DNA from: an uncultured Ectothiorhodospiraceae bacterium
Lineage (GTDB): Bacteria; Pseudomonadota; Gammaproteobacteria; S012-40
DNA length: 64,000 bases
NCBI GenBank assembly: GCA_945787125.1
Contig: CALZHW010000002.1
Location: 22,900-86,899, forward strand
Reading direction: 5' to 3'
Under the pieces are notes generated by a model. That model ran no database searches and was not told where the DNA came from. It worked only from the letters and a program-made list of their open reading frames with translations. Made by a program: the position numbers and the translations under genes. Positions 50,737-61,236 of this stretch are shown here, in pieces. Position 1 is the first letter of the stretch. Each line of letters begins with the position of its first letter.

Positions 50737-53397
50737 TTGAAATCTATGGAAACATTTGCCAAAGAAATACAGCCTGTAAACATTGAAGATGAAATGCGTC
50801 AGTCCTACATGGAATATGCCATGCGGGTTATTGTTGGACGTGCGTTACCTGATGTAAGAGATGGATTGAAACCGGTGCACCGCCGGGTTTTATATGCTAT
50901 GCATGAGTTGGGCAATGACTTCAACAAGCCCTACAAAAAATCTGCCCGTGTGGTTGGTGACGTTATCGGTAAATATCACCCGCATGGCGATACCGCTGTT
51001 TATGACGCGATCGTTCGTATGGCGCAGCCGTTTTCAATGCGTTATGTGTTGATTGACGGGCAAGGAAATTTTGGTTCAGTGGACGGCGATTCGCCCGCTG
51101 CAATGCGTTATACCGAAGTGCGGATGGACAAGATTGCACACGAATTGCTCGCTGATCTTGATAAAGATACCGTAGATTTTACGCTCAATTACGATGAGTC
51201 TGAGCGCGAGCCGTCAGTTTTACCGGCGAAAACACCCAACTTATTAATCAATGGCTCATCAGGCATCGCTGTTGGTATTGCGACCAATATTCCGCCGCAT
51301 AATATAACTGAAGTGGTCAGCGCCTGTTTAGCGATGATCGACAATCCTGAGATTGATCTTGCCGGTTTGATGGAACACATTCCAGGGCCTGATTTCCCCA
51401 CCGCTGGTATTATTAATGGTGCGCGAGGAATTTTAGAAGCTTACAAAACGGGTAAGGGCCGCATCTATGTGCGCTCCCGTTCTCATCTTGAAACAGAAGC
51501 CAACGGCAAAGAAAAAATCATTGTCACCGAATTGCCTTACCAGGTTAACAAAGCGCGTCTGCTGGAAAAAATCGCTGAGCTGGTTAAAGATAAAAAGATC
51601 GATGGCATCACTGAATTACGCGATGAGTCAGATAAAGATGGTATGCGCATGGTGATTGAATTGCGCCGGGGTGAATCTTACGATGTCATGCTGAATAATT
51701 TGTATCAATTGACCCAGATGCAAAACGTATTTGGCATAAACTTGGTGGCGTTGTCCGGTGGTCAACCTATTTTGATGAATTTGAAATCCATCCTGGAAGC
51801 TTTCATTCGTCACCGTCGCGAAGTTGTTACTCGACGTACTATTTTTGAAATCCGCAAAGCGCGCGAGCGTACTCACGTGCTGGAAGGCCTGGCAGTTGCT
51901 CTGGCGAATATAGATCCTATTATTGCCACCATCAAAGCCTCGCCAACTGCTGCAGATGCCAAGGTTGCTTTAATGGCACAGGGTTGGGCGCCCGGCATAG
52001 TGATGGATATGCTGGAGCGTGCCGGTGATGATTTATCCCGTCCGGAGGACTTGAGTGCTAATTACGGCCTGATCGACGGTGGATATCGTTTATCTCCGGC
52101 GCAAGCCCAGGCGATTCTCGATATGCGCTTGAATCGCTTGACCGGCCTGGAGAAAGAGAAAATTCATGCAGAATATAAAGAACTGCTAGTAATAATCGAA
52201 GATCTTTTGGATATTTTGCTAAACCCTGAGCGCTTAATGCAAGTCATTCGTGACGAACTCAGCACCATCAAGGAAACTTATGGTGATGAGCGTAGAACTG
52301 AAATAATTACCAATCATCAAGATTTATGTCTGGAAGACCTGATCGAAGATGAACCGATGGTGGTCACACTTTCACACGAAGGTTATGTCAAAACCCAGCC
52401 ACTTGATGCCTACGAATCTCAGCGTCGTGGTGGTCGAGGCAAAGCTGCCGCCAGCACTAAAAGTGAAGATTTCATCGATAAAATGTTTACCGCGAATGCG
52501 CATGACACCATGTTATGTTTTTCCAGTCGCGGCAAGATCTATTGGATGAAAGTGTATCAAGTGCCGATTGCATCGCGCACAGCGCGCGGCAAACCGATTG
52601 TAAATTTGTTGCCGCTGGAAGAGGGCGAGCGCATTAATGCTGTCTTGCCAATCCGTGAATACACGGATGATAACTTTGTCTTTATGGCAACCTCAAACGG
52701 TACTGTCAAGAAAACCCCATTGAAAGAATTTTCTCGACCGCGAGCCAATGGCATCATCGCGATAGATCTTCGTGAAGATGATCAATTAGTCGGTGTGGAT
52801 ATTACAAATGGCAAAAGCGATATATTACTTTTCTCCAGTGCCGGTAAAGTGACACGTTTTAATGAGTCCACTGTGCGTTCGGTTGGCAGAACAGCCGCCG
52901 GTGTTCGAGGTATTAGACTGAATGAATCGCAACGAGTCATTGCGTTGATCATCTCTGACGAAGGCACCGTATTAACCGCGACTGAAAACGGTTACGGTAA
53001 ACGTACTGAATTGAGCGAATATCCGACCAAAGGTCGTGGCGGACAAGGTGTAATTTCTATTCAAACCGCTGGTCGTAACGGTGAGGTGGTTGGTGCTGTA
53101 TTGGTTCGTCCGGAAGATGACATCATGTTAATTAGCAATGCAGGGACTCTGGTGCGAACCAGTGTTGATCAAATTTCGATAGTAGGCAGAAATACCCAAG
53201 GGGTACGATTAATCAACCTGGGCGGCGACGAAAAATTACAAAGCATTGACCGCATCTGTGAAATTGACGGTGACGAAAAAGAAGATAATGGCGCAGAGTC
53301 AGAGTCAGCTGACGGCAGTGATAACGGCGATATCGACACCAATACCGACACTGGCACAAATGACAATGCTGATAACAACGATAATACGGAAACGTAA
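50737..53397 (+). CDS. gyrA: DNA gyrase subunit A
   Basis: It has the active-site Tyr region AAMRYTE, a QRDR-like segment ([17 protein letters not shown]) and GyrA-box beta-pinwheel repeats. The C-terminus is a long acidic low-complexity tail. Confidence 0.95.
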   Translation: MKSMETFAKEIQPVNIEDEMRQSYMEYAMRVIVGRALPDVRDGLKPVHRRVLYAMHELGNDFNKPYKKSARVVGDVIGKYHPHGDTAVYDAIVRMAQPFSMRYVLIDGQGNFGSVDGDSPAAMRYTEVRMDKIAHELLADLDKDTVDFTLNYDESEREPSVLPAKTPNLLINGSSGIAVGIATNIPPHNITEVVSACLAMIDNPEIDLAGLMEHIPGPDFPTAGIINGARGILEAYKTGKGRIYVRSRSHLETEANGKEKIIVTELPYQVNKARLLEKIAELVKDKKIDGITELRDESDKDGMRMVIELRRGESYDVMLNNLYQLTQMQNVFGINLVALSGGQPILMNLKSILEAFIRHRREVVTRRTIFEIRKARERTHVLEGLAVALANIDPIIATIKASPTAADAKVALMAQGWAPGIVMDMLERAGDDLSRPEDLSANYGLIDGGYRLSPAQAQAILDMRLNRLTGLEKEKIHAEYKELLVIIEDLLDILLNPERLMQVIRDELSTIKETYGDERRTEIITNHQDLCLEDLIEDEPMVVTLSHEGYVKTQPLDAYESQRRGGRGKAAASTKSEDFIDKMFTANAHDTMLCFSSRGKIYWMKVYQVPIASRTARGKPIVNLLPLEEGERINAVLPIREYTDDNFVFMATSNGTVKKTPLKEFSRPRANGIIAIDLREDDQLVGVDITNGKSDILLFSSAGKVTRFNESTVRSVGRTAAGVRGIRLNESQRVIALIISDEGTVLTATENGYGKRTELSEYPTKGRGGQGVISIQTAGRNGEVVGAVLVRPEDDIMLISNAGTLVRTSVDQISIVGRNTQGVRLINLGGDEKLQSIDRICEIDGDEKEDNGAESESADGSDNGDIDTNTDTGTNDNADNNDNTET

Positions 53398-53407
53398 CTG
53401 TTAAATA

Positions 53408-53598
53408 CTCAAGTTTCGGAGTTTAAACTATTTCCGGTAATCAGCGCTCGTAGCGGCAAAACCTTATCGAGAGTGTTGGCAGCATGGATGCTGCCGTCAA
53501 GCCTACATGGACGTATTCACGGCGTCTCTCGGTAAGGTTTTGCCGCTACGGATGCTGGAAAGTGTCACTTTGGCAACGTTGAATTCCGAAACTTGAGT
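53408..53598. repeat. PAL-1 palindromic MITE-like element, best-preserved copy (about 190 bp near-perfect palindrome)
   Basis: The left arm (ctcaagtttcggagtt..cgtagcggcaaaaccttatcgagagtgttggcagcatgg) and the right arm (ccatgga..tctctcggtaaggttttgccgctacgg..aattccgaaacttgag) are reverse complements of each other. Confidence 0.85.
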
Positions 53599-53661
53599 TA
53601 AATAGTGGGTGTGTGAAAGATTCCTGGATTGAGACACCCAATTCTAACCTGGAGTGATTTA

Positions 53662-54744
53662 ATGGCACGTGTTTTTAATTTTAGTGCAGGGCCAGCGATG
53701 GTTCCCGAAGCAGTGTTAAACCAAGCGCGAGAAGAAATGCTGGATTGGCAGGGCAGTGGTATGTCGGTGATGGAAATGAGTCATCGCAGTAAAGAATTTA
53801 TTTCCATTGCCGGACAAGCGGAAAGCGATCTGCGCGAGTTAATGGCAATACCGGATAATTATAAAGTCTTGTTTTTACAAGGCGGTGCCAGCAGTCAATT
53901 TGCGATGGTGCCATTGAATTTATTGGGCGATAAAACCTCGGCGGATTACATTAATACGGGTGCCTGGTCAAAAAAAGCGATCGCTGAAGCAAAGCGTTTT
54001 TGCACGCCGAATATTGCAGCAACGACCGAAGCCGATAACTTCATGCGCGTGCCTGATGTAAGTGAAATTCAGTTGAATTCTGCTGCGGCTTATCTGCATT
54101 ATACGCCCAACGAAACCATTGCCGGGGTAGAGTTTCAAACCATTCCTGAAGCAGGCCAAGTTCCTTTGGTAGCGGATATGTCATCGACAATATTGTCTCG
54201 CCCGATTGATGTTTCAAAATTCGGTGTAATTTATGCCGGTGCGCAAAAAAATATCGGCCCAGCCGGGTTAACCGTGGTTATCATACGTGATGATTTATTG
54301 GGGCACGCAAAAGCATCAACCCCTGCTATGTTTAACTACAAAACGCATGCTGATAATGATTCCATGTACAACACACCGCCGACCTATGCTTGGTATCTCG
54401 CTAGTTTAGTCTTTCAGTGGATTAAAGCGCAAGGTGGGCTTGTTGCGATGGCGGAGATTAATCAACGCAAAGCAGGCAAGCTTTATTCTGCCATTGATAA
54501 TTCAAGTTTTTATCAAAACCCGGTGGCGGTTAACTCTCGCTCCTGGATGAATATACCTTTTACCCTGGCGGATGCCGAGCTTGATAGTCTATTTCTCAGT
54601 GAAGCAAAAGCGCTGGGTTTAACTACCTTAAAAGGACATCGTTCGGTGGGTGGAATGCGCGCAAGTATTTATAATGCAATGCCAGAAGCCGGGGTGGATG
54701 CCTTGGTACGTTTCATGGCTGACTTCGAAAAACGTAACGGCTAA
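53662..54744 (+). CDS. serC: Phosphoserine aminotransferase
   Basis: It begins [19 protein letters not shown]... with a class V aminotransferase fold. The start is ATG 53662 with a GGAG RBS. Confidence 0.95.
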   Translation: MARVFNFSAGPAMVPEAVLNQAREEMLDWQGSGMSVMEMSHRSKEFISIAGQAESDLRELMAIPDNYKVLFLQGGASSQFAMVPLNLLGDKTSADYINTGAWSKKAIAEAKRFCTPNIAATTEADNFMRVPDVSEIQLNSAAAYLHYTPNETIAGVEFQTIPEAGQVPLVADMSSTILSRPIDVSKFGVIYAGAQKNIGPAGLTVVIIRDDLLGHAKASTPAMFNYKTHADNDSMYNTPPTYAWYLASLVFQWIKAQGGLVAMAEINQRKAGKLYSAIDNSSFYQNPVAVNSRSWMNIPFTLADAELDSLFLSEAKALGLTTLKGHRSVGGMRASIYNAMPEAGVDALVRFMADFEKRNG

Positions 54745-54758
54745 TCCGAGGCAAACGC

Positions 54759-55922
54759 ATGTACAAAGTCTTAACGCTTAATAATATTTCGGTGGCGGGT
54801 CTGGAGCGTTTAGCGCGTGACAAATATGAAATCGCCTCTGAAATTCCACACCCTGATGCAATCATGTTACGTTCTTTTAACATGCATGATATGGAAATTC
54901 CCGCAAGCTTGCAGTGTGTTGCACGCGCTGGTGCCGGGGTTAACAATATTCCGTTGGAGAAAATGAATCAAGCGGGCATTCCGGTATTCAATGCGCCCGG
55001 TGCGAATGCTAACGCAGTGAAAGAGTTAGTGGTTGCCGGAATGTTGTTGGCATCGCGAAATATTTGTCAGGCCTGGCAGTATACTCGCACGTTGCAAGGC
55101 AGCGACGTCGAGCTTGGAAAACTGGTGGAGCAAGGCAAGAAGCAGTTCGCGGGTTTTGAGCTGATTGGCCGAACTTTGGGCGTGATAGGTTTAGGTGCGA
55201 TTGGGCGTCAAGTCGCTAACGCTGCAGAAGCCTTAGGAATGAAAGTGATTGGCTTTGACCCAGGAATCACGGTTGAAGGTGCCTGGCAATTGTCATCCAC
55301 CGTCGATAAGGCAGCAAGCGTTGATGATCTGTTATCAAAGGTAGACTTCGTTACGTTTCATGTGCCATTGATGGATGCAACACGCAATATGATCAACGCC
55401 GAGCGCTTAAAAATCGTGAAAAATGGCGTCAGCATATTGAATTTTGCGCGTGATGGCATCGTGGATGATGCTGCCATGATTGCAGCATTGGACCAGGGTA
55501 AGGTTAACGCTTATATTACTGACTTTCCCAGCAATACCACACTCCGTCATCCGAAGGTTGTAAACTTACCGCATCTTGGTGCTTCAACCAGTGAAGCCGA
55601 AGACAACTGCGCGATTATGGTCGCGGATCAAATGCGGGATTTTCTGGAGAGTGGCAATATTCGCAACTCTGTCAATTTCCCCGAAGCCATAATGCCACGA
55701 GGTCAAGGGCAGCGCTTAGTCATTGTGAATAAAAATGTACCGAATATGGTCGGCCAAATAACCACTAAGCTGGCGGATGCTAAAATCAATATTGTTGATC
55801 TGTTGAATAAATCTAAAGGCGATATTGCTTACACGTTAATCGACATTGAAGGTGAGGTGGATGATGTTGTGCTTACTTCAATGACTTCCATTGATGGTGT
55901 TTTGCGGGTGAGGGTACTTTAA
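54759..55922 (+). CDS. serA: D-3-phosphoglycerate dehydrogenase (D-isomer 2-hydroxyacid dehydrogenase with C-terminal ACT domain)
   Basis: It has the NAD-binding GVIGLGAIGRQVA motif and catalytic RAGAGVNNI. The C-terminal ACT-like segment is about 70 aa. Confidence 0.75.
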   Translation: MYKVLTLNNISVAGLERLARDKYEIASEIPHPDAIMLRSFNMHDMEIPASLQCVARAGAGVNNIPLEKMNQAGIPVFNAPGANANAVKELVVAGMLLASRNICQAWQYTRTLQGSDVELGKLVEQGKKQFAGFELIGRTLGVIGLGAIGRQVANAAEALGMKVIGFDPGITVEGAWQLSSTVDKAASVDDLLSKVDFVTFHVPLMDATRNMINAERLKIVKNGVSILNFARDGIVDDAAMIAALDQGKVNAYITDFPSNTTLRHPKVVNLPHLGASTSEAEDNCAIMVADQMRDFLESGNIRNSVNFPEAIMPRGQGQRLVIVNKNVPNMVGQITTKLADAKINIVDLLNKSKGDIAYTLIDIEGEVDDVVLTSMTSIDGVLRVRVL

Positions 55923-55927
55923 TTGCC

Positions 55928-57013
55928 ATGAATAAAAACGATCCTTTATTATCACTGCGTAATCAAATTGATGCTATTGATCAGGAAATCCAGGCACTCA
56001 TTAGCAAACGTGCTGAATGTGCTGTTGAGGTCGCTAAAGTCAAACAAGCCGCCGGTGATACTAATTTTTATCGTCCTGAGCGAGAAGCACAGGTTTTACA
56101 AAAGGTAAGAGATCGAAACAAAAGTTTATTAAGCGATGACGAAATAGCGCGTTTATTTCGCGAAATTATGTCTGCTTGCCTGGCTCTGGAGCAGCCATTA
56201 AAAGTTGCCTACTTAGGCCCTGAAGGCACTTATACCCAATCAGCCGCGTTGAAACAGTTTGGTCATTCCGTTAGTACCTTGCCTTGCGCCGCCATAGACG
56301 AAGTGTTTCGCGAAGTAGAAGCCGGAAATGCAGATTACGGCGTTGTGCCCGTCGAGAATTCTACCGAGGGCATGGTAAACCAAACCATGGATATGTTCAT
56401 CACTTCGCCATCCATCATTTGTGGTGAAGTATCATTGCGCATTCAGCATCATTTGCTTTCTCGTTTATCGAATATGGCCAATATACAGCGTATCTATTCA
56501 CATCAGCAAAGTTTTGCTCAATGCCGTGAATGGTTAAATTCACATATGTTAGGTGTTGAAAGAATTGCGGTAAATTCAAATGCTGAAGCCGCCAAACTTG
56601 CCGCTGCGGAAAATAATTCAGCCGCCATCGCCGGTGAAACTGCCGGTGAGATTTATCATCTGCAGTCGTTAGTAAAAAATATAGAAGATGATCCGGAAAA
56701 TACCACTCGCTTCCTGGTTATTAGTCGCCAAAAAACCGAGCCTACCGGTAACGATAAAACTTCAATTTTGTTGGTTGCGCAAAACGACCCCGGTGCTTTG
56801 TATAGTTTGTTGGAGCCATTTCGACGTTTTGCTGTGAATATGACGCGAGTTGAGTCGCGGCCTTCACGTCGTGGAATCTGGGAATATGTTTTTTTCGTCG
56901 ATATCGAAGGCCACTTCGACGACAAGAATGTGCAGCTGGCATTGAGTGCAGTTAAAGCCGAAGCGTTAATGTTTAAATGTTTGGGCTCTTATCCTAGAGC
57001 AATGATGAAATAG
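55928..57013 (+). CDS. pheA: Bifunctional chorismate mutase / prephenate dehydratase (P-protein)
   Basis: An N-terminal CM_2 helix (LRNQIDAIDQEIQALISKR), a PDT domain and a C-terminal ACT domain. Confidence 0.9.
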   Translation: MNKNDPLLSLRNQIDAIDQEIQALISKRAECAVEVAKVKQAAGDTNFYRPEREAQVLQKVRDRNKSLLSDDEIARLFREIMSACLALEQPLKVAYLGPEGTYTQSAALKQFGHSVSTLPCAAIDEVFREVEAGNADYGVVPVENSTEGMVNQTMDMFITSPSIICGEVSLRIQHHLLSRLSNMANIQRIYSHQQSFAQCREWLNSHMLGVERIAVNSNAEAAKLAAAENNSAAIAGETAGEIYHLQSLVKNIEDDPENTTRFLVISRQKTEPTGNDKTSILLVAQNDPGALYSLLEPFRRFAVNMTRVESRPSRRGIWEYVFFVDIEGHFDDKNVQLALSAVKAEALMFKCLGSYPRAMMK

Positions 57014-57028
57014 GGCAGTCATGAAATA

Positions 57029-58183
57029 ATGCCAAAATCTGTTGAAACATTACCTTATTCATTGGCGCTTCCCGGTGTCCAGGCACTTACGCCTTACGCG
57101 CCCGGTAAACCCATAGCAGAACTTGAGCGTGAATATGGTGTGACAAACATCGTTAAGCTTGCATCCAATGAAAATCCCTTGGGCATGAGCCTGAAAGCCA
57201 AACAGGCGATTAGCGCAGCGATACCGGAAGGGCATTTGTATCCCGACGGCAATGCGTATTCCCTTAAAAAAGCGCTCGCCCAGCGACACAATGTTGAGCT
57301 TGAGCAAATTACTATCGGCAATGGTTCCAATGATGTGCTGGAGATAGTTGTGCGCTGCTTTGCTGATGCCTCCTGTGAGATTATGTATTCCGCTTATGCG
57401 TTTGCGGTTTATCCGATTCTTACTCAGGCAATAGGCGCCCGGCATAATATCGTTCCGGCCAAAAACTGGGGGCATGATCTGGATGCCATGCTGCATGCCA
57501 TTACTGAAAAAACAAAAATAATTTTCATTGCCAATCCGAATAACCCCACAGGGACCTGGTTGGTAGATAATGATATCCAGCGTTTTTTAAACCAGTTGCC
57601 AGAAAATATTACTGTTGTAATCGATGAGGCGTATCATGAATATATCGCCAAAGCAGAATATGCCAGTGCGGAAAAATATTTAACTCAATATCCGAATCTA
57701 ATCATTACTCGAACATTTTCTAAAGCCTATGGCCTGGCGGGTTTACGCATTGGTTACGGTTTGGCAAGCCCTGCGGTAACTAACTTGCTAAATCGTGTGC
57801 GCCAGCCATTTAACGGCAATTCATTTGCTTTGGCCGCTGCAGAAGCCGCGTTGCAGGATAACGACTTTGTTCGGCAGTCGGTACAAGTAAACAGCGATGG
57901 CATGCAGCAATTAGAGACCGAATTTATTCGCATGGGGCTGGACTATATTCCTTCCGCAGGAAACTTTATTTCGTTTGATGTGGGGCGTAATGGCAATGAT
58001 GTTTATGAAGCATTACTGCGCCGTAGCATTATTGTGCGACCGGTTGGGCCTTATAAAATGCCGAATCATTTACGCGTTTCAATTGGCTTAAAAAGCCAAA
58101 ACGAAAAATTTATTCGCGCGCTGCAGGAGGCATTATCAGAGGTATTGCCAAAGGTATTACCAGAGGCATTAAATGAAAAATAA
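57029..58183 (+). CDS. hisC: Histidinol-phosphate aminotransferase
   Basis: It has a class II aminotransferase fold with a PLP-lysine region (TFSKAYGLAGLRIGY). Confidence 0.85.
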   Translation: MPKSVETLPYSLALPGVQALTPYAPGKPIAELEREYGVTNIVKLASNENPLGMSLKAKQAISAAIPEGHLYPDGNAYSLKKALAQRHNVELEQITIGNGSNDVLEIVVRCFADASCEIMYSAYAFAVYPILTQAIGARHNIVPAKNWGHDLDAMLHAITEKTKIIFIANPNNPTGTWLVDNDIQRFLNQLPENITVVIDEAYHEYIAKAEYASAEKYLTQYPNLIITRTFSKAYGLAGLRIGYGLASPAVTNLLNRVRQPFNGNSFALAAAEAALQDNDFVRQSVQVNSDGMQQLETEFIRMGLDYIPSAGNFISFDVGRNGNDVYEALLRRSIIVRPVGPYKMPNHLRVSIGLKSQNEKFIRALQEALSEVLPKVLPEALNEK

Positions 58184-59048
58184 GCCATTGTTTCAGCAAA
58201 TGACTATCGTCGGTGTTGGTCTGATCGGCGGGTCGGTAGCGCGCAGCCTTAAAAAGCACCATCAATGTGCAACGATAGTGGGTTATTCACGCAATGAAAA
58301 AGAATTAAAAAAAGCGCTCGCGTTAGGCGTGATTGATAGTTATTCGACTGATATAAAACGCGCGGTGCAAGGTAGTGAATTGATTTTATTATCAACTCCG
58401 GTTGGTGCATATAAAGCCATACTCGATGAATTGAAAGATAATTTAAGCGAAAATACAGTTATTACCGATGTGGGTAGCTCAAAGCAATCGGTGATTAACG
58501 CAGCAAAAGCAGTCTTTGGTTATCTGCCGCCGACATTTGTTCCGGGGCATCCCATCGCCGGCACGGAAAAATCAGGTGTAGACGCCTCAATTGATAACTT
58601 GTTTGCTCAACGCTGCATCATTTTAACACCGCTGCCGGAGACCAATCGTGAAGCCATTGATAAAGTGCGGGCAATGTGGCAAGCCATTGGTGCTGAAGTT
58701 GTGGAGATGTCGCCAGAGCACCATGACCATGTGTTGGCAGCGACCAGTCATTTACCCCATGTATTAGCGTTTTCTCTGGTCAATACGTTGGCGCAAATGA
58801 ATGAACACAATGAAATATTTCGTTTTGCCGCAGGTGGGTTTCGCGACTTTACCCGGATTGCATCCAGTGATCCCACCATGTGGCGTGACATCTGTATTGA
58901 GAATAAAGAAGCGATTCTCGAATTGATGCAAATTTATGAAAAGCAGCTGAAAGTTTTAGAAGCAGCAATTCAAACCGGTGATGCCGATAAAATTCTGAGC
59001 CTGTTTAGTCATGCGCGTGATGCGCGCGATGAACATGTTATTCAATAA
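58173..59048 (+). CDS. tyrA: Prephenate/cyclohexadienyl dehydrogenase
   Basis: It has the NAD-binding motif VGVGLIGGS and a PDH domain. It sits between hisC and aroA, the Pseudomonas/Xanthomonas-like order. Confidence 0.85.
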   Translation: MKNKPLFQQMTIVGVGLIGGSVARSLKKHHQCATIVGYSRNEKELKKALALGVIDSYSTDIKRAVQGSELILLSTPVGAYKAILDELKDNLSENTVITDVGSSKQSVINAAKAVFGYLPPTFVPGHPIAGTEKSGVDASIDNLFAQRCIILTPLPETNREAIDKVRAMWQAIGAEVVEMSPEHHDHVLAATSHLPHVLAFSLVNTLAQMNEHNEIFRFAAGGFRDFTRIASSDPTMWRDICIENKEAILELMQIYEKQLKVLEAAIQTGDADKILSLFSHARDARDEHVIQ

Positions 59049-59069
59049 AGTTTTTGAAGAGTAGTTTTA

Positions 59070-60389
59070 ATGTCTAATAAAATAATCAATTATAAAGTGC
59101 AGCCCGGTGGAAAATTCACGGGTGATATTACCGTGCCTGGCGATAAATCCATTTCCCATCGCAGTATTATGTTGGGTTCGCTGGCTGATGGCATCACTAA
59201 AGTCAGTGGTTTTCTCGAGGGCGATGATGCCATTGCAACACTCAATGCGTTTAAAGCTATGGGCGTTAAGATCGAAGGCCCAATTAATGGCGAAGTAAGC
59301 ATTCACGGAGTAGGCATGCAGGGTCTGCAAAAACCTGCGGCAGATATTTATTTGGGCAATTCCGGTACTTCCATGCGTTTGATGTCGGGTTTGTTAAGTG
59401 GTCAGGATTTTGATGTCACGCTCACGGGTGATAAATCATTATCTGGTCGACCCATGAAACGTGTTACTGATCCGTTGGCTCGTATGGGTGCTAAGATTGA
59501 CACGGCAGATGGTAAAGCCCCATTGCGTATCCACGGAGGCAATACATTACACGCTATTCAATACGATATGCCGATTGCAAGTGCGCAGGTAAAATCCTGT
59601 TTATTATTGGCCGGCATGTATGCGCAAGGTAAAACGACCATTACCGAACCCGGTATAACACGTGACCATACTGAACGTATGTTACAGGCATTTCAATATC
59701 CGGTTGAGGTGGATGCTAACAAAGTTAGCCTCGAAGGCGGTCATCGTTTGAAGGCTTGCGAGTTACATGTTCCTGGCGATATTTCCTCTGCTGCATTTTT
59801 CATGGTGGGCGCGAGTATCGCTAAAGACTCAGCGCTGTTATTGAAAAATGTAGGCATTAATCCCACGCGTACTGGCGTGATTGATATTCTAAAATTAATG
59901 AATGGCGATATCACCATCGTTAAAGAATATCAGCGCGGTGGCGAAGTGGTAGCAGATATTCTGGTTCGTTCCGCGGAATTGAAAGGTATAAATATTCCAG
60001 CGCATTTAGTACCGCTCGCCATTGATGAATTTCCGGTGTTATTTGTCGCGGCGGCATGTGCCGAAGGGCAAACTGTTTTGACTGGCGCAAAAGAATTGCG
60101 CGTTAAAGAAAGTGATCGCATTCAGGTGATGGTTGATGGTTTACTAACACTAGGCATTGATGCTAAACCCACTGAAGACGGCATTATCATTCAGGGCGGT
60201 CAGTTAACGTCGGGCACCGTGCACTCACATGACGATCATCGCATTGCAATGGCGTTTGCCATGGCGGGTTTACGTGCTGAAGGTGAAATAATTATTGAAG
60301 ATTGCGCCAATGTTGCGACATCTTTTCCAGGTTTTATTGAGATGGCTGCTAAAGCGGGTTTATCGATTGCTGCGGAAACGCAATCATGA
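59070..60389 (+). CDS. aroA: 3-phosphoshikimate 1-carboxyvinyltransferase (EPSP synthase)
   Basis: It has the conserved LGNSGTSMRL motif and a two-domain inside-out alpha/beta fold. Confidence 0.95.
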   Translation: MSNKIINYKVQPGGKFTGDITVPGDKSISHRSIMLGSLADGITKVSGFLEGDDAIATLNAFKAMGVKIEGPINGEVSIHGVGMQGLQKPAADIYLGNSGTSMRLMSGLLSGQDFDVTLTGDKSLSGRPMKRVTDPLARMGAKIDTADGKAPLRIHGGNTLHAIQYDMPIASAQVKSCLLLAGMYAQGKTTITEPGITRDHTERMLQAFQYPVEVDANKVSLEGGHRLKACELHVPGDISSAAFFMVGASIAKDSALLLKNVGINPTRTGVIDILKLMNGDITIVKEYQRGGEVVADILVRSAELKGINIPAHLVPLAIDEFPVLFVAAACAEGQTVLTGAKELRVKESDRIQVMVDGLLTLGIDAKPTEDGIIIQGGQLTSGTVHSHDDHRIAMAFAMAGLRAEGEIIIEDCANVATSFPGFIEMAAKAGLSIAAETQS

Positions 60390-61108
60390 CAGTTAACTCA
60401 TCAAAATCGATGCCGCCAGTAATCACCATTGATGGGCCGGGAGGATCCGGCAAAGGTACTGTCGGACAACGGCTTGCATGGAAGTTCAAATGGGAATTTC
60501 TCGACAGTGGTGCCTTGTATCGATTGGTCGGTTTGTCAGTGATGAATCATTCAGTGGAGATGACAGACGTTGCCCGTATTACTGAACTGGCTCGGAATTT
60601 GGATGCACAGTTCGCGGTGCGTGATGGCGAGCAGGGCGAAGAATGGATTATTCTATTAGAGGACCAGGATGTTTCTGATCAATTACGCACCGAAAGTTGT
60701 GCCAGCGCCGCCTCCCAGGTTGCACAATATGATTCCGTCAGATCGGCATTGCTGGAACGGCAACGCGCCTTTCAAGTCCCGCCGGGATTGATCGCTGATG
60801 GCCGCGACATGGGGACAGTGGTATTTCCTGACGCTGGATTAAAGGTGTTTTTAACCGCTAGTGCAGATATTCGCGCAGAGCGGCGATATAAACAGTTGAA
60901 GAGCAAGGGTATTGGTGCTACCCTTAGCGCGATTTTGACCGATATACAGGCACGTGATGATAGAGACAGGAACAGAGTCGTTGCGCCGTTAGTTCCTGCC
61001 GACGACGCAGTCATTGTTGATACCTCTGAAATGAGCGTTAATGACGTTGAAAATCACGTGCTAAAATTGGCTAAACAGAGATTCCGACAGTTGGAAAACA
61101 TAGGCTAA
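60386..61108 (+). CDS. cmk: Cytidylate kinase
   Basis: It has the P-loop GPGGSGKGT. Its start overlaps the aroA stop. Confidence 0.9.
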   Translation: MTVNSSKSMPPVITIDGPGGSGKGTVGQRLAWKFKWEFLDSGALYRLVGLSVMNHSVEMTDVARITELARNLDAQFAVRDGEQGEEWIILLEDQDVSDQLRTESCASAASQVAQYDSVRSALLERQRAFQVPPGLIADGRDMGTVVFPDAGLKVFLTASADIRAERRYKQLKSKGIGATLSAILTDIQARDDRDRNRVVAPLVPADDAVIVDTSEMSVNDVENHVLKLAKQRFRQLENIG

Positions 61109-61236
61109 TTCATAGACTTGAATTGGCCTTTTATTGTTTTTTGTTAAATTGTACAGGGTTTATAAAACGTAGGAAACCTAAAACATAGTAGTGGTAATAC
61201 AGGTTTCTGACAACATTTTTTGAGGTTATTTATTTC

